This document shows, piece by piece, positions 1 to 9,331 of a DNA stretch of 64,000 bases (positions are counted from its first letter, which is position 1; each line of letters begins with the position of its first letter). The position numbers and the translations under genes were made by a program. The notes beneath the pieces are model-generated. The model made no database searches. It was not told where the DNA came from and saw only the letters and a list, made by a program, of their open reading frames with translations. This stretch comes from Leptolyngbyaceae cyanobacterium (lineage in GTDB: Bacteria > Cyanobacteriota > Cyanobacteriia > Phormidesmidales > Phormidesmidaceae): assembly GCA_965263355.1 (NCBI GenBank), contig CBDHHL010000056.1, positions 1,408,001-1,472,000 of the forward strand. Direction: 5' to 3'.

Positions 1-836
1 TACACCTGATTATCAGTCACGGTACCTCCCAGAATCATGATTTTCTTAGCACGCTCCAGATCAATGGGCTGGGCACAGTCAATCCGATAAGAACTCCCAG
101 AAAACTGTTGAATCAGTTCATGGGTGGACTGTTCTGCAATGATTTGTCCCTGGCGAATAATAGCAACTCGGTCTGATAACTCTTCGGCCACACCCAGCTG
201 ATGGGTGGTTAGTAAAATAGCGCAGCCCTCTGCGGCAATCTCTCTCACCAAGGTTTTAACGGTTTCACTAGCTTCCACATCCAAACCCAGGGTGGGTTCA
301 TCCAGCAAGAGCAGTGTCGGTTGATGCACTAATGCAACGGCAATGGCTAGCTTTTGCTGCATTCCCCGCGACAGCTTTTGTACGGGCGTTTTGCGCTTAT
401 CGCTTAGACCAAACTGCTCCAGCAGTTGCTCACCCCGCTGCCGCGCTACTTTACGAGGCACCTGACGTAAACCGCCAAAGTATTCGATATTTTCCAAGGG
501 AGTTAGACGCCAATATAGATTGCGATTACCTTCTAGAACTGCGCCCACACGCTTCAGGGCCATTGACTGTCGATGGGGATCAAGGCCATTAATACGCACC
601 TGTCCACCATCAGGACGCACTAATCCACCAATCATCTTTATAGTTGTGGTTTTACCAGCACCGTTTGGCCCCAGAAACGCCAGTACCTCCCCCGCACAAA
701 TCCTTAGGGAAACATCACGTACCGCTTCAAATCGTTGCTTGCCACGGCCATAGGATTTTTTCAGATGTCTGGCATCTAGGGTGATGCTGCTCTCCGGCAA
801 ATGCCCCGCTGAACGCATTGGCAAAGGAAGCGTCAT
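1..836 (-). CDS. ABC transporter ATP-binding protein (runs off the left edge)
   Basis: Manual translation from ATG 836: Walker A GPNGAGKT, signature LSRGMQQ, Walker B LLLDEPT. Not in the ORF track because there is no stop in the window. Confidence 0.92.
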   Translation of the reverse strand, partial: MTLPLPMRSAGHLPESSITLDARHLKKSYGRGKQRFEAVRDVSLRICAGEVLAFLGPNGAGKTTTIKMIGGLVRPDGGQVRINGLDPHRQSMALKRVGAVLEGNRNLYWRLTPLENIEYFGGLRQVPRKVARQRGEQLLEQFGLSDKRKTPVQKLSRGMQQKLAIAVALVHQPTLLLLDEPTLGLDVEASETVKTLVREIAAEGCAILLTTHQLGVAEELSDRVAIIRQGQIIAEQSTHELIQQFSGSSYRIDCAQPIDLERAKKIMILGGTVTDNQV

Positions 837-1001
837 TAAGCCTTACTCCATACACATGTTCGCCATCAACATTGCCAGCAGCCTATAGTTCACAAAATAA
901 GTGCCCCCTAGAGTCCTTAAATCACAACAGTTAGATGCTGTCACACATCCGCTGTTGTGACTGTAGCAGTAATCCTAACGCGAATAAGCCCCTTGATACA
1001 G

Positions 1002-1041
1002 AATCAAGGTTGCCTTCGACTTCGCTCAGGCAACCTTGATT
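1002..1041. repeat. Perfect 14-bp inverted repeat (REP-like hairpin)
   Basis: aatcaaggttgcct / aggcaaccttgatt around the loop tcgacttcgctc. Confidence 0.75.
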
Positions 1042-1043
1042 AC

Positions 1044-1073
1044 AAAAAAGCCCTGGCAACATTTACCAGAGCT
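1044..1073 (-). terminator. Rho-independent terminator of the small gene at 1171-1314
   Basis: Minus strand agctctggt-loop-gccagggct followed by a T run. Confidence 0.6.
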
Positions 1074-1170
1074 CTAGAGGAGCATATCGATCATTAGTTG
1101 AATGTTAATTGAGCTTAATGCAATGAACTCAATAACGATGGCAATTGACTAGGTAATTAAGCCGAAACAA

Positions 1171-1314
1171 TCAAGTCCAACTAGAGGAATAGGGGTCACC
1201 TTCATAGGGCTGAACACCAATAGCGGGATAGGCATCATCATCGGGACCAAAAATGCGAGCTGCTGCTCCAAAAATGTAGTTAAAGCTATCCCTTAGCCAA
1301 CGAAGAATATGCAT
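1171..1314 (-). CDS. atpT: 47-aa small protein, probable AtpTheta (Norf1) ATP synthase inhibitor homolog
   Basis: MHILRWLRDSFNYIFGAAARIFGPDDDAYPAIGVQPYEGDPYSSSWT; AGAGG SD upstream; terminator downstream; amphipathic N-helix plus RIFxPxDDxYPxxGVQPxEG motif. Family assignment is from recall. Confidence 0.7.
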   Translation of the reverse strand: MHILRWLRDSFNYIFGAAARIFGPDDDAYPAIGVQPYEGDPYSSSWT

Positions 1315-1864
1315 GATTTCTAGCCTCTATAACGTGTATTAACTGGGGTGGGAATAGTCGATACCTCAAGTTACTACAAGGCCTTAAATAAGCTTATTAA
1401 GCGACTTGAAGCTTAAGACATCGATAATCTCAACTGAAATTAGATGAGATTTACAAGGGGCCTACTTTTAGTAAGAGCACTTTAGCAATAGCACTCTAGA
1501 ATCTATTTCTTTTACTATTTTCTAGGCACCTATATCATAGGATCTAAATCAAGCTCTAAACAACAGCTAGCAAAGACTTGAAAGTATTATTCATATTACT
1601 TATCAAGCGAATAAAGCAACCACATCAAAAAAGTATTTCCAGTCTTAATAGACAGTTTTTTCGTTAGAGTTGAACTTAAAGTCGTTAAAAAAACGACTTT
1701 AGTAGTTAGGAACTAGCGATCAAGAGCTAGCATAGAAGAAGCCCAACATAGCTCTATTATGCTCAAGGGTAATAGGTTTTCATAGAAATAAACTTAGTAT
1801 TTCAAACTTAATATTTCTCAATTTATAGGTTTAATTTTTTAGTAACTACAGAGTTTTTTGAGCC

Positions 1865-1892
1865 TTTTATTATTGATTAATCAATAATAAAA
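1865..1892. promoter_or_regulatory. Perfect 28-bp AT-rich palindrome upstream of usp
   Basis: ttttattattgatt|aatcaataataaaa. Confidence 0.5.
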
Positions 1893-1937
1893 ACAATTGA
1901 TTACCTCACACCGTCCTTGCGTAGGAGAATAGTCGCC

Positions 1938-2495
1938 ATGTTTCAGCGTATTTTAGTGGCCTTGGATCGGAGTAATAGTTGCTGTAGCGTGCTTGAAGAA
2001 GCCATTGCGTTGGCTAAGTCAACGGCTCAACTGAACCTCGTTATGGTGGTACCACCGATGGAGATTAGCTATCCCGATCCGGTTTATCTGAGTATGGCAG
2101 GCATGCAGGGTATTTGGACTGCGGAGTTATACCAGAGCCATCGGGCGAGTTGGCAGCAGCAGCAACAGGAGATTGAGCAATGGTTGCGATCGCAAACCGA
2201 TTTTGTCCACCGTCAAGGCCTTCAGGCTAAATACACCTGTCCTATCGGTACCCCTGGCGAAACCCTGTGCAACATTGCCAGAAAATGGAACGCCGACCTG
2301 ATTATTATGGGCCGCCGGGGGCACACCGGTTTTAGTGAACTGTTTTTGGGCAGCGTTAGTAACTATGTCATGCACTATGCCCCTTGTTCTGTTCTCACGG
2401 TACAAGGCATGGGGCAAAAAACGATGGGGCAAAAAACAACGGTGCAGAAAACGATGGCCGTCTCCAAAGGCAACATTATCCCAAAAACCACATAA
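1938..2495 (+). CDS. Universal stress protein (UspA family)
   Basis: MFQRILVALD start; ADLIIMGRRG...LGSVSNYV...APCSVL; AGGAG SD. Confidence 0.95.
   Translation: MFQRILVALDRSNSCCSVLEEAIALAKSTAQLNLVMVVPPMEISYPDPVYLSMAGMQGIWTAELYQSHRASWQQQQQEIEQWLRSQTDFVHRQGLQAKYTCPIGTPGETLCNIARKWNADLIIMGRRGHTGFSELFLGSVSNYVMHYAPCSVLTVQGMGQKTMGQKTTVQKTMAVSKGNIIPKTT
2409..2453 (+). repeat. 15-bp tandem repeat x3 extending the usp C-terminus
   Basis: Encodes MGQKT MGQKT TVQKT. Confidence 0.7.
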
Positions 2496-2528
2496 GGGAT
2501 TGAGCACACCAGTAGTAGCAATCACACA

Positions 2529-4061
2529 ATGGCGGGTAAAGTTTATCTTTTAGGGGCAGGTCCAGGCAATATCGACTATCTGACAGTAAAGGGACAGCAG
2601 GTACTGCAACAGGCTGATTGTCTCATTTATGATGCCTTAGTAGATAAACGATTGTTGTCTCAGTTAGCCCCCACTTGCGAAACTATCCATGTGGGTAAAC
2701 GGGGTGGTCAACCGAGCACCCCGCAAACTGACATTAACCAGCTGTTAGTCACCCACTGTCAGCAGGGAAAACAGGTGGTGCGCCTTAAAAGTGGTGATCC
2801 TTTTATTTTTGGTAGGGCCGCTGGTGAGATCCAGGCACTCCAGGCGGCCCACTGTGATTTTGAAGTCATTCCTGGGGTCTCTTCAGCGCTGGTCGCTCCC
2901 CTGCTAAACGCTATACCGCTAACGGATCCGGTTCTCAGCCATGGGTTTGGTGTTTTTACCGCCCATAATCTGCAAAACCTGGATTGGGCCACCCTGGCCA
3001 ATTTGGAAACCCTAGTCTTTTTAATGGGAGGGCGACACCTAGGAGACATTTGTCATCAGCTAACGATCCACGGACAGCGTGGGGAAACCCCTGTGGCCGT
3101 TATCCAATGGGCCAGCCAACCCCAACAACGTCTTTGGCAAGGCACATTGCTTAACATCGCTCAACTCACTAAGGGTGAACCCTTATCACCTTGCATAATT
3201 GTCGTTGGCGAAGTGGTACGCTTGCGAGAGTTTCTACTCCCGCCAACAACAGCTGACAATATGACCAACGGCACGTTAAACAACAAAACAATCCTGGTCA
3301 CTCGGGCCACGGGACAATCGAGTGCGTTCACTGACTTGCTCCAACGCCAAGGTGCAACAGTTATTGACATGCCAGCCTTAGAAATTTGCCCACCATCTAG
3401 CTGGACAGCCTTGGACCACGCGCTGGAGACATTGTCTACATTTGACTGGCTAATTTTGACCTCTGCCAATGCGGTCAATTTCTTTTTGGATCGACTATTG
3501 ACCCAGGGGTATGACTTGAGACAGTTGGCCCACTTGAAACTGGCAGTCGTAGGCAAAAAGACGGCTAAAGTCCTGGCCGAACGGGGGTTAAAGGCTGACT
3601 TTATGCCACCGAACTATGTAGCCGATTCTCTGGTGGAGAGTTTTCCGGTTCCCCTATCAGGGTTAAAACTACTGTTTCCACGGGTAGAAACCGGTGGACG
3701 GGCAGTGCTGGTAAACGAATGTTCAGCCCAGGGAGCGACAGTCACTGAAGTGGCGGCCTATGAGTCAGGCTGTCCTACGGCCATGGCCACTGGGGCAGCA
3801 GTAGGGCTGAAACAGCGGCAGGTGGATGTGGTCACGTTTGCTAGCTCAAAAACAGTGCGTCATTTTAAGCAGCTAATGGGTGCTCAGTTTGGGGAGGATT
3901 GGATGGCCTACATGGAGGGGGTTGCGATCGCATCTATTGGTCCTCAAACCACCAAAACCTGCCTTGAAGACCTGGGTCGAGTCGATATCAAAGCCACTAC
4001 GTACACCCTGGAAGGTCTCACTGATGCCCTGGTAAAGTGGGCTACCCCCACCAATGAATAG
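2529..4061 (+). CDS. cobA: Uroporphyrinogen-III C-methyltransferase / uroporphyrinogen-III synthase fusion
   Basis: GAGPG, RLKSGDPFIFGR; C-terminal HemD domain (ILVTRA, LILTSANAV, SIGPQT). Confidence 0.95.
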   Translation: MAGKVYLLGAGPGNIDYLTVKGQQVLQQADCLIYDALVDKRLLSQLAPTCETIHVGKRGGQPSTPQTDINQLLVTHCQQGKQVVRLKSGDPFIFGRAAGEIQALQAAHCDFEVIPGVSSALVAPLLNAIPLTDPVLSHGFGVFTAHNLQNLDWATLANLETLVFLMGGRHLGDICHQLTIHGQRGETPVAVIQWASQPQQRLWQGTLLNIAQLTKGEPLSPCIIVVGEVVRLREFLLPPTTADNMTNGTLNNKTILVTRATGQSSAFTDLLQRQGATVIDMPALEICPPSSWTALDHALETLSTFDWLILTSANAVNFFLDRLLTQGYDLRQLAHLKLAVVGKKTAKVLAERGLKADFMPPNYVADSLVESFPVPLSGLKLLFPRVETGGRAVLVNECSAQGATVTEVAAYESGCPTAMATGAAVGLKQRQVDVVTFASSKTVRHFKQLMGAQFGEDWMAYMEGVAIASIGPQTTKTCLEDLGRVDIKATTYTLEGLTDALVKWATPTNE

Positions 4062-4062
4062 T

Positions 4063-4653
4063 ATGCAACGCATTATTGGCCTAACCGGTGGTATTGCCAC
4101 TGGCAAATCTACCGTATCCGACTATCTGGCCACTACCTATCAGTTACCCATCCTCGATGCTGATATCTATGCCCGTGACGCAGTAACTAGCGGATCTCCT
4201 ATCCTGGCAGCCTTAGTCCAGCGCTACGGTAACGACATTTTGCTGGCAGATGGCACCCTCAACCGTCAACAGCTCGGCACTATTATTTTTAATCAACCGG
4301 ATGAGAAACAATGGGTTGAACACCAAATCCATCCCTTTGTGCGACAGCGATTTAGCCAGGTACGTCAGGACTATCCCCCAACCCAAACCCTGGTCTATGC
4401 CATTCCCCTACTATTTGAAGCAAACCTGACCCATCTGGTGAGCGAAATTTGGGTCGTCATTTGCACCCCAGATCAGCAGCAACAGCGGCTGATGGCCCGT
4501 AATAATCTCTCTGCAAGCGATGCGATCGCACGTATTAACAATCAGCTATCCCTGAATGAAAAAGCAGCTCAAGCGGATCGGGTCCTCAACAATTCTGGCG
4601 ATCGAGCCCTGCTTTATCAGCAGATTGATGAGATTCTGAAGGTATCTACTTGA
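4063..4653 (+). CDS. coaE: Dephospho-CoA kinase
   Basis: IIGLTGGIATGKST, DAD, IPLLFE; alternative start at 4054. Confidence 0.95.
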   Translation: MQRIIGLTGGIATGKSTVSDYLATTYQLPILDADIYARDAVTSGSPILAALVQRYGNDILLADGTLNRQQLGTIIFNQPDEKQWVEHQIHPFVRQRFSQVRQDYPPTQTLVYAIPLLFEANLTHLVSEIWVVICTPDQQQQRLMARNNLSASDAIARINNQLSLNEKAAQADRVLNNSGDRALLYQQIDEILKVST

Positions 4654-4689
4654 GGTGAGAGATTTTCATGTGCCATTCCCCATGGCCCA

Positions 4690-4742
4690 GTTGGGTTTTG
4701 TGCCTTTACCCAACCCACGACTGCACCCCATTGCCTACCCTA
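4690..4742. repeat. Degenerate GTAG-type REP-like elements
   Basis: gttggg...cccaac hairpin plus cattgcctaccct. Confidence 0.4.
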
Positions 4743-4893
4743 TGTTCTGATCCCCGGCACAAAAAACTTTATTTTAATAGCGTCGGGCGTTAATCAAACC
4801 TAAGAATCACAAATCAACATCACAAACCTGTGGTGATCAGCAACCCTTGCTTCACACTATGGGAATTCATTCCTGTTGAAACGTGAGTGTACT

Positions 4894-5241
4894 ATGACTG
4901 ACTTTACCGATTTTCTAAAACACAAGCAGGCTTACATCGCCATTGGCGAATTTAAACCCGGTCGTTTTTCTGAAGCTCGACAGCTCTATGAAAAGGCCGT
5001 TTCCACCTACAGTAACGGCTTTCAAGGAGCCTATTTGTTCCAAGAACCGGGCACCGATAAGGGGATTGCAGTCATCCTTTGGGACAATGTTGACAACATG
5101 GAAGCGCACCAAAGTCCTGTCTACCAAAAAGTTGTTCGAGAACTATCTGGTCTCTTTGCCTCTCCACCCGACGTTAAGTTCTACGAAGTTTGTAGTGAAA
5201 TCGGCTTAATGGGTGAAATCGCCCAAGCTGTGGCAGCTTAG
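4894..5241 (+). CDS. ABM (antibiotic biosynthesis monooxygenase)-like dimeric barrel protein
   Basis: FKPGRF...GFQGAYL...ILW...FYEV pattern; 115 aa. Confidence 0.7.
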   Translation: MTDFTDFLKHKQAYIAIGEFKPGRFSEARQLYEKAVSTYSNGFQGAYLFQEPGTDKGIAVILWDNVDNMEAHQSPVYQKVVRELSGLFASPPDVKFYEVCSEIGLMGEIAQAVAA

Positions 5242-5279
5242 TCCATGGCGGCTTAAAGGTTGATATTGAATGCAATTGC

Positions 5280-7484
5280 TTACATCACCACGGCCGTTTT
5301 TACCTGCAACACTTGCTTTAGCTTATCCAGCTTGCGCATCACCTGATTGAGATTGTTCACATCTCCCGTGATGCGCATCAAACGAGCAGCGGTTTCTAAA
5401 TCAGCGATCGCTTGTAGCAGCTTACCCTGTTTCTGATATGCTGCACCACGATAACAGTAGGGTAATGCAAGTTTTGGATTGCGTTCAATCGCCAGCCCAA
5501 ATTGGCTAACCGCCTGCCGTAACTCACCCAAGAATTGAAAAATTCGTCCCTTGTAAAAATACGGAATTGCACTCTGGGGATAGAGATCGATAGCAGCATT
5601 TAGATCATCAAGGGCCCCATCATAGTCGCGGATATCTATTCGCAATACGCCCCGGTTACACTGAGCCGCAAACAATCCAGCATTTAATCGAATCGCCTGG
5701 GTAAAGTCCTGCAAAGCCTTGGCATAGTCATTCATATCCATCCAAGCCACACCGCGGCAGTTATATGCAGCCGCACTAGGACTAATATCAATCACCTGGG
5801 TCAAATCATCAATTGCCCCAGGACAGTCACGCATGTCATAACGGGTAATCCCGCGATTAAAGTAAGCAACAGCATCATCAGCCCTAATAACAGGATTCTC
5901 AAAACGCTGAATCAACGGTTGAATTACGGCTTGCTCAGAGGTGTACAACTTCAGCTTTACCGTTGGAAACAAACTTGTCTGAGTGGCCAGGGCCTGCATG
6001 CCGATGAGGGCAGATGTCGCATCACCCACAGCAAAGTTCTCAGTGGTGCCCAAAACCTTAAAGGAGAACAGCTCTGGATAGTCTTGCTTTAGGGGTAATA
6101 GCTGATTAAGGGCATGTTTTAACTGACGGTGTCGCATACTGTCTTCACTCCAACGCTGGCTGATAGTTCGCAGTAAAATATGGTCACGATTGTCACCTTG
6201 ATGACACCAGCCAATATCCAAGCGACAACCTCGATCTAATACCTGTCGGAGTTGCTGTAAAAGATTAGCATCGAGCTGTACATCATCCGTCCAGGGCCAT
6301 ACCAGTATCACCCGTTCTCTTGCCTGAGCTAGAAGTTGTTCTAATGCCTTCAGGCTATTAGATTTACCGTCAACATTGTCAAAGTCAAACAACCACTGAC
6401 TGTTGGTGGTGCTTGATACTGAAGCCTTTAACGGTTCTAGGGTTTCAGCTACGGCAGCCAGCACAGTATCTGTCATGGTGCTCATTTGCTGGTCAGTAGC
6501 ATCTAAACGTTGTTGTAGCTGATCAAAGCTCTGCTCCGGCTGATTTTCTACGGGATCTAAGGTCTCAGCCACGGCTTCTAAGATAGAGTCAGTAACTGTT
6601 CCCAACTGATGCTCTAGCGTATCTACACGCTGCTGCAACTGTAATTGCTCATTTGAGAAGGTTGGTGCTGCCTGGGATACTGGCGACATATCGGCTCTCA
6701 TTTCCTGCAAACGAGCCGATAGTTCCAAAAACTCATCCCGTGAAACCATCTCTGAAACAGTTTTTACCAACTCCTGAACTTCTTCTTTTAACAATGATTG
6801 ACGTTCTTCAGTGGTCAGCTGTTGTACCTGCTGTTTCACATATTGAAGCTTATCATTGAGACCAGAAAAATTATTCTTTGTATCCGCACTAAACACCTCC
6901 ATGTGCACCCGAAACTGCATCACTTCAGCCTTAAGCTTAGCCACCATCGCCTCAGCCGTCTCAATTCGGCTAGTGTCCGATAGCTGCTGACAGCGTGATC
7001 TCACATCTTTTACATCAACCCCCAGCTTTATGAAATGCTCCTGCAGTTTTGTCATCGCCAGGTGCAACTCTTGCAGTTCTGGCAACTCTTTATCCTGCGC
7101 TTCAATCTTTTCCAACAGCATCTTCCGCGTATATTCGAAAAGTTGAGACAGACTCAAAATATCTTGCTGGTTCTGAGCAATAACGGACTGACGCACAGCA
7201 TTAAGTTGCTCATGGGACGGTAAATCTTCCACCTGGGCCTGAATATTTTTCAAATCCAGCTTCAAGTCGCGTTTGAGCGATCCCCTTTCGTCTTGACTCT
7301 GGGTAACTGTCATCTGCAACTGCCGCCGACTGATCAGCCCTAATCCTGCTAATAAGGACAGGGGAGCTGCAGCTAGCAGCACTTGTTGTGTAGCCACCGA
7401 AGCGATTGTGCCAGCACCGGAGCCCAAAAGCAGTGCATACTCAGTCAAATTGAACCAGCGACGTTTATTCACGAGGTTTGCCAA
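5280..7484 (-). CDS. Membrane-anchored coiled-coil / PLD-like / TPR protein
   Basis: Two hydrophobic N-terminal segments, long Q/L-rich coiled coil, ARERVILVWPW PLD-like region, C-terminal TPRs (AYFNRG, AYNCRG, PYFYKG); start uncertain. Confidence 0.8.
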   Translation of the reverse strand: MANLVNKRRWFNLTEYALLLGSGAGTIASVATQQVLLAAAPLSLLAGLGLISRRQLQMTVTQSQDERGSLKRDLKLDLKNIQAQVEDLPSHEQLNAVRQSVIAQNQQDILSLSQLFEYTRKMLLEKIEAQDKELPELQELHLAMTKLQEHFIKLGVDVKDVRSRCQQLSDTSRIETAEAMVAKLKAEVMQFRVHMEVFSADTKNNFSGLNDKLQYVKQQVQQLTTEERQSLLKEEVQELVKTVSEMVSRDEFLELSARLQEMRADMSPVSQAAPTFSNEQLQLQQRVDTLEHQLGTVTDSILEAVAETLDPVENQPEQSFDQLQQRLDATDQQMSTMTDTVLAAVAETLEPLKASVSSTTNSQWLFDFDNVDGKSNSLKALEQLLAQARERVILVWPWTDDVQLDANLLQQLRQVLDRGCRLDIGWCHQGDNRDHILLRTISQRWSEDSMRHRQLKHALNQLLPLKQDYPELFSFKVLGTTENFAVGDATSALIGMQALATQTSLFPTVKLKLYTSEQAVIQPLIQRFENPVIRADDAVAYFNRGITRYDMRDCPGAIDDLTQVIDISPSAAAYNCRGVAWMDMNDYAKALQDFTQAIRLNAGLFAAQCNRGVLRIDIRDYDGALDDLNAAIDLYPQSAIPYFYKGRIFQFLGELRQAVSQFGLAIERNPKLALPYCYRGAAYQKQGKLLQAIADLETAARLMRITGDVNNLNQVMRKLDKLKQVLQVKTAVVM

Positions 7485-7689
7485 ATGGGGTGACGAAAAA
7501 AGCAGCCCACCTAGTTGCTGGACTGCTTATTCTTGTATTCACGATGGGCACAGATCCATCAGGAGATTAGTCAAGTCTTTACGTGTCATCAAACGCTGAG
7601 ATTACCTCAGTATTTACGCGGACAGCAAAAAGACACTTGCCGTTGAAAAACCCGACTAAATAAGCTTCAGCTCAAAATCTCAAGCTTAC

Positions 7690-8034
7690 TTATAGAAAAC
7701 GAAGGATGAATGGGTATTTAAAGGCACTATCAGGATTGTTGAGGCTATTCAAAATTGCCAGCACTGGCATCACCCACTGAAAAATGAGTAGAGGAATCAC
7801 AAATAGCCAGCCAATCAACACCCAGCATAGAAATCCAACGATACCGCTGTAGATCCAGATATTCAGGTGAAAGTTCAACGCTTCTATAGCATTGTCTTTA
7901 ACCACTGGATCATCGGAAATAATCCAAAAAGCAGCGGGAATACCGGCTGAGAATAAAAGCTGACTGAAAAAGATAGACCCGTGAGAAAGGGCTGACAATA
8001 ACTTGCGCTTATCGCTGTCAAATGCTGCATCCAT
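7690..8034 (-). CDS. DUF4870 family membrane protein
   Basis: LSALSH...VKDNAIEALNFHLN...FKYPF. Confidence 0.8.
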   Translation of the reverse strand: MDAAFDSDKRKLLSALSHGSIFFSQLLFSAGIPAAFWIISDDPVVKDNAIEALNFHLNIWIYSGIVGFLCWVLIGWLFVIPLLIFQWVMPVLAILNSLNNPDSAFKYPFILRFL

Positions 8035-8214
8035 GACGTTTTAGTCCTTTTTTTGTGGTGACTTTATAGTAATTGATGCCTCGATTGAAACCGTTAGGGA
8101 AAACCGTAGTCGGTGCCAGTCTAATAATTGACCCTATGGTAAACCGTCAAACAGGCACTTACCTGGGGGCGTTTACAATAATAAAAAGCGCTTTCGAAAC
8201 CAAGGACACTGATA

Positions 8215-8604
8215 ATGGAACTTAAACGTCTGGGCCACGTTGCAGTTTGTGTAAATGATGTTGCCGTTGCTGCTGAGTTTTACCAAAAGTTAGGGATGAA
8301 ACTTGTGTGGCAGGATAACGACTGGGCATACCTAAAAGCCGGGAATGATGGTTTGGCATTGCTGAGCCCAGACTATGACCAGGCGGGTCCTCATTTTGGC
8401 TTTGTGTTTGACGACCGCTCTGCCATTGATGAAGCCTATGCCAAACTCAGTCAGGACGATATTAAACTCACCGAAATCCACGAGCATCGCGATGGTACGG
8501 CATCATTCTATGGTCGTGATCCATTTGGTAACTGGTTTGAGTATCTCTATGAACCCAGCGAGCCAACTACCCCCAAAGATAAGGCAGCAGAACTAGCCGC
8601 CTAG
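8215..8604 (+). CDS. VOC / glyoxalase family protein
   Basis: LGHVAV...HFGF...FYGRDPFGNWFE. Confidence 0.9.
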   Translation: MELKRLGHVAVCVNDVAVAAEFYQKLGMKLVWQDNDWAYLKAGNDGLALLSPDYDQAGPHFGFVFDDRSAIDEAYAKLSQDDIKLTEIHEHRDGTASFYGRDPFGNWFEYLYEPSEPTTPKDKAAELAA

Positions 8605-8669
8605 TCCACCCTAGTGCCCAGCCTCCGGCTGATACCCCTCTTGCGGCTCTACCGCGCAAGCTTTATAAC

Positions 8670-9206
8670 TTACGCTAATAAAGTGTCAACACTGATGCTA
8701 AACCCAGCTAAAACTTTCTGAGTTTCAGCCATCTCTTCCTGACCAAAAATCTGTTTACTGTTGGCTGTAATAACAATTATCCAGCGGCTATCGGGGTAAA
8801 CCAGCCAAACTTCTTCGCCGCCAGAGGCAAGATACTCATAAGCTTTGGCGATCATATCTTCAGCCAGGTCGGTGGGGGAAACGATTTCTGCACTTAACGG
8901 GAAGCTTTGGGGCAAAACTTTGGCGTCACCGTATTGGGCTAATAGGGCTGGGGTGAGGTAAGCGACGTCAGGAAATCGGCCTTGATTCTGGGTACGGCAA
9001 GGCGCTTCTGTATAAACTTCACCTCCCAGGTTTTGGGTATCGGTATAGAGACTCCAGAGGGTGCTGAGGCGACGTTGTGCCTTACTGTGTTTTAGGGTGA
9101 TGCCTTGTTTTGGGCGCAAATCACCGTCAATCCACTCTGTTCTAGACGGTGGGTTCTGAAGCCAGTCGTTGAGGGTAAGCTTAGGAACGGTGCTGGTGGC
9201 AACCAT
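8670..9206 (-). CDS. Uma2 family endonuclease-like protein
   Basis: EWIDG, PDVAY, AEIVSP, EYLASG-EEVWLVYP. Confidence 0.9.
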   Translation of the reverse strand: MVATSTVPKLTLNDWLQNPPSRTEWIDGDLRPKQGITLKHSKAQRRLSTLWSLYTDTQNLGGEVYTEAPCRTQNQGRFPDVAYLTPALLAQYGDAKVLPQSFPLSAEIVSPTDLAEDMIAKAYEYLASGGEEVWLVYPDSRWIIVITANSKQIFGQEEMAETQKVLAGFSISVDTLLA

Positions 9207-9331
9207 GGTGAATAGCGAATGTCTTGTATGGGTCTAGTATAGCTGGCGTATCCCCTCAGCCTTTACCCACAACTGGTGCTCTGCCTCCGGCTGAGTATCT
9301 CCCATGGAGCCTCTGGCTCCGTCTTAAATCC

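Noticed and set aside
314..753. Plus-strand ORFs 314-592 and 520-753
   Set aside because: Antisense shadows of the ABC ATPase; the same applies to the short antisense ORFs within clpC, ctaD, xfp, adhE and others
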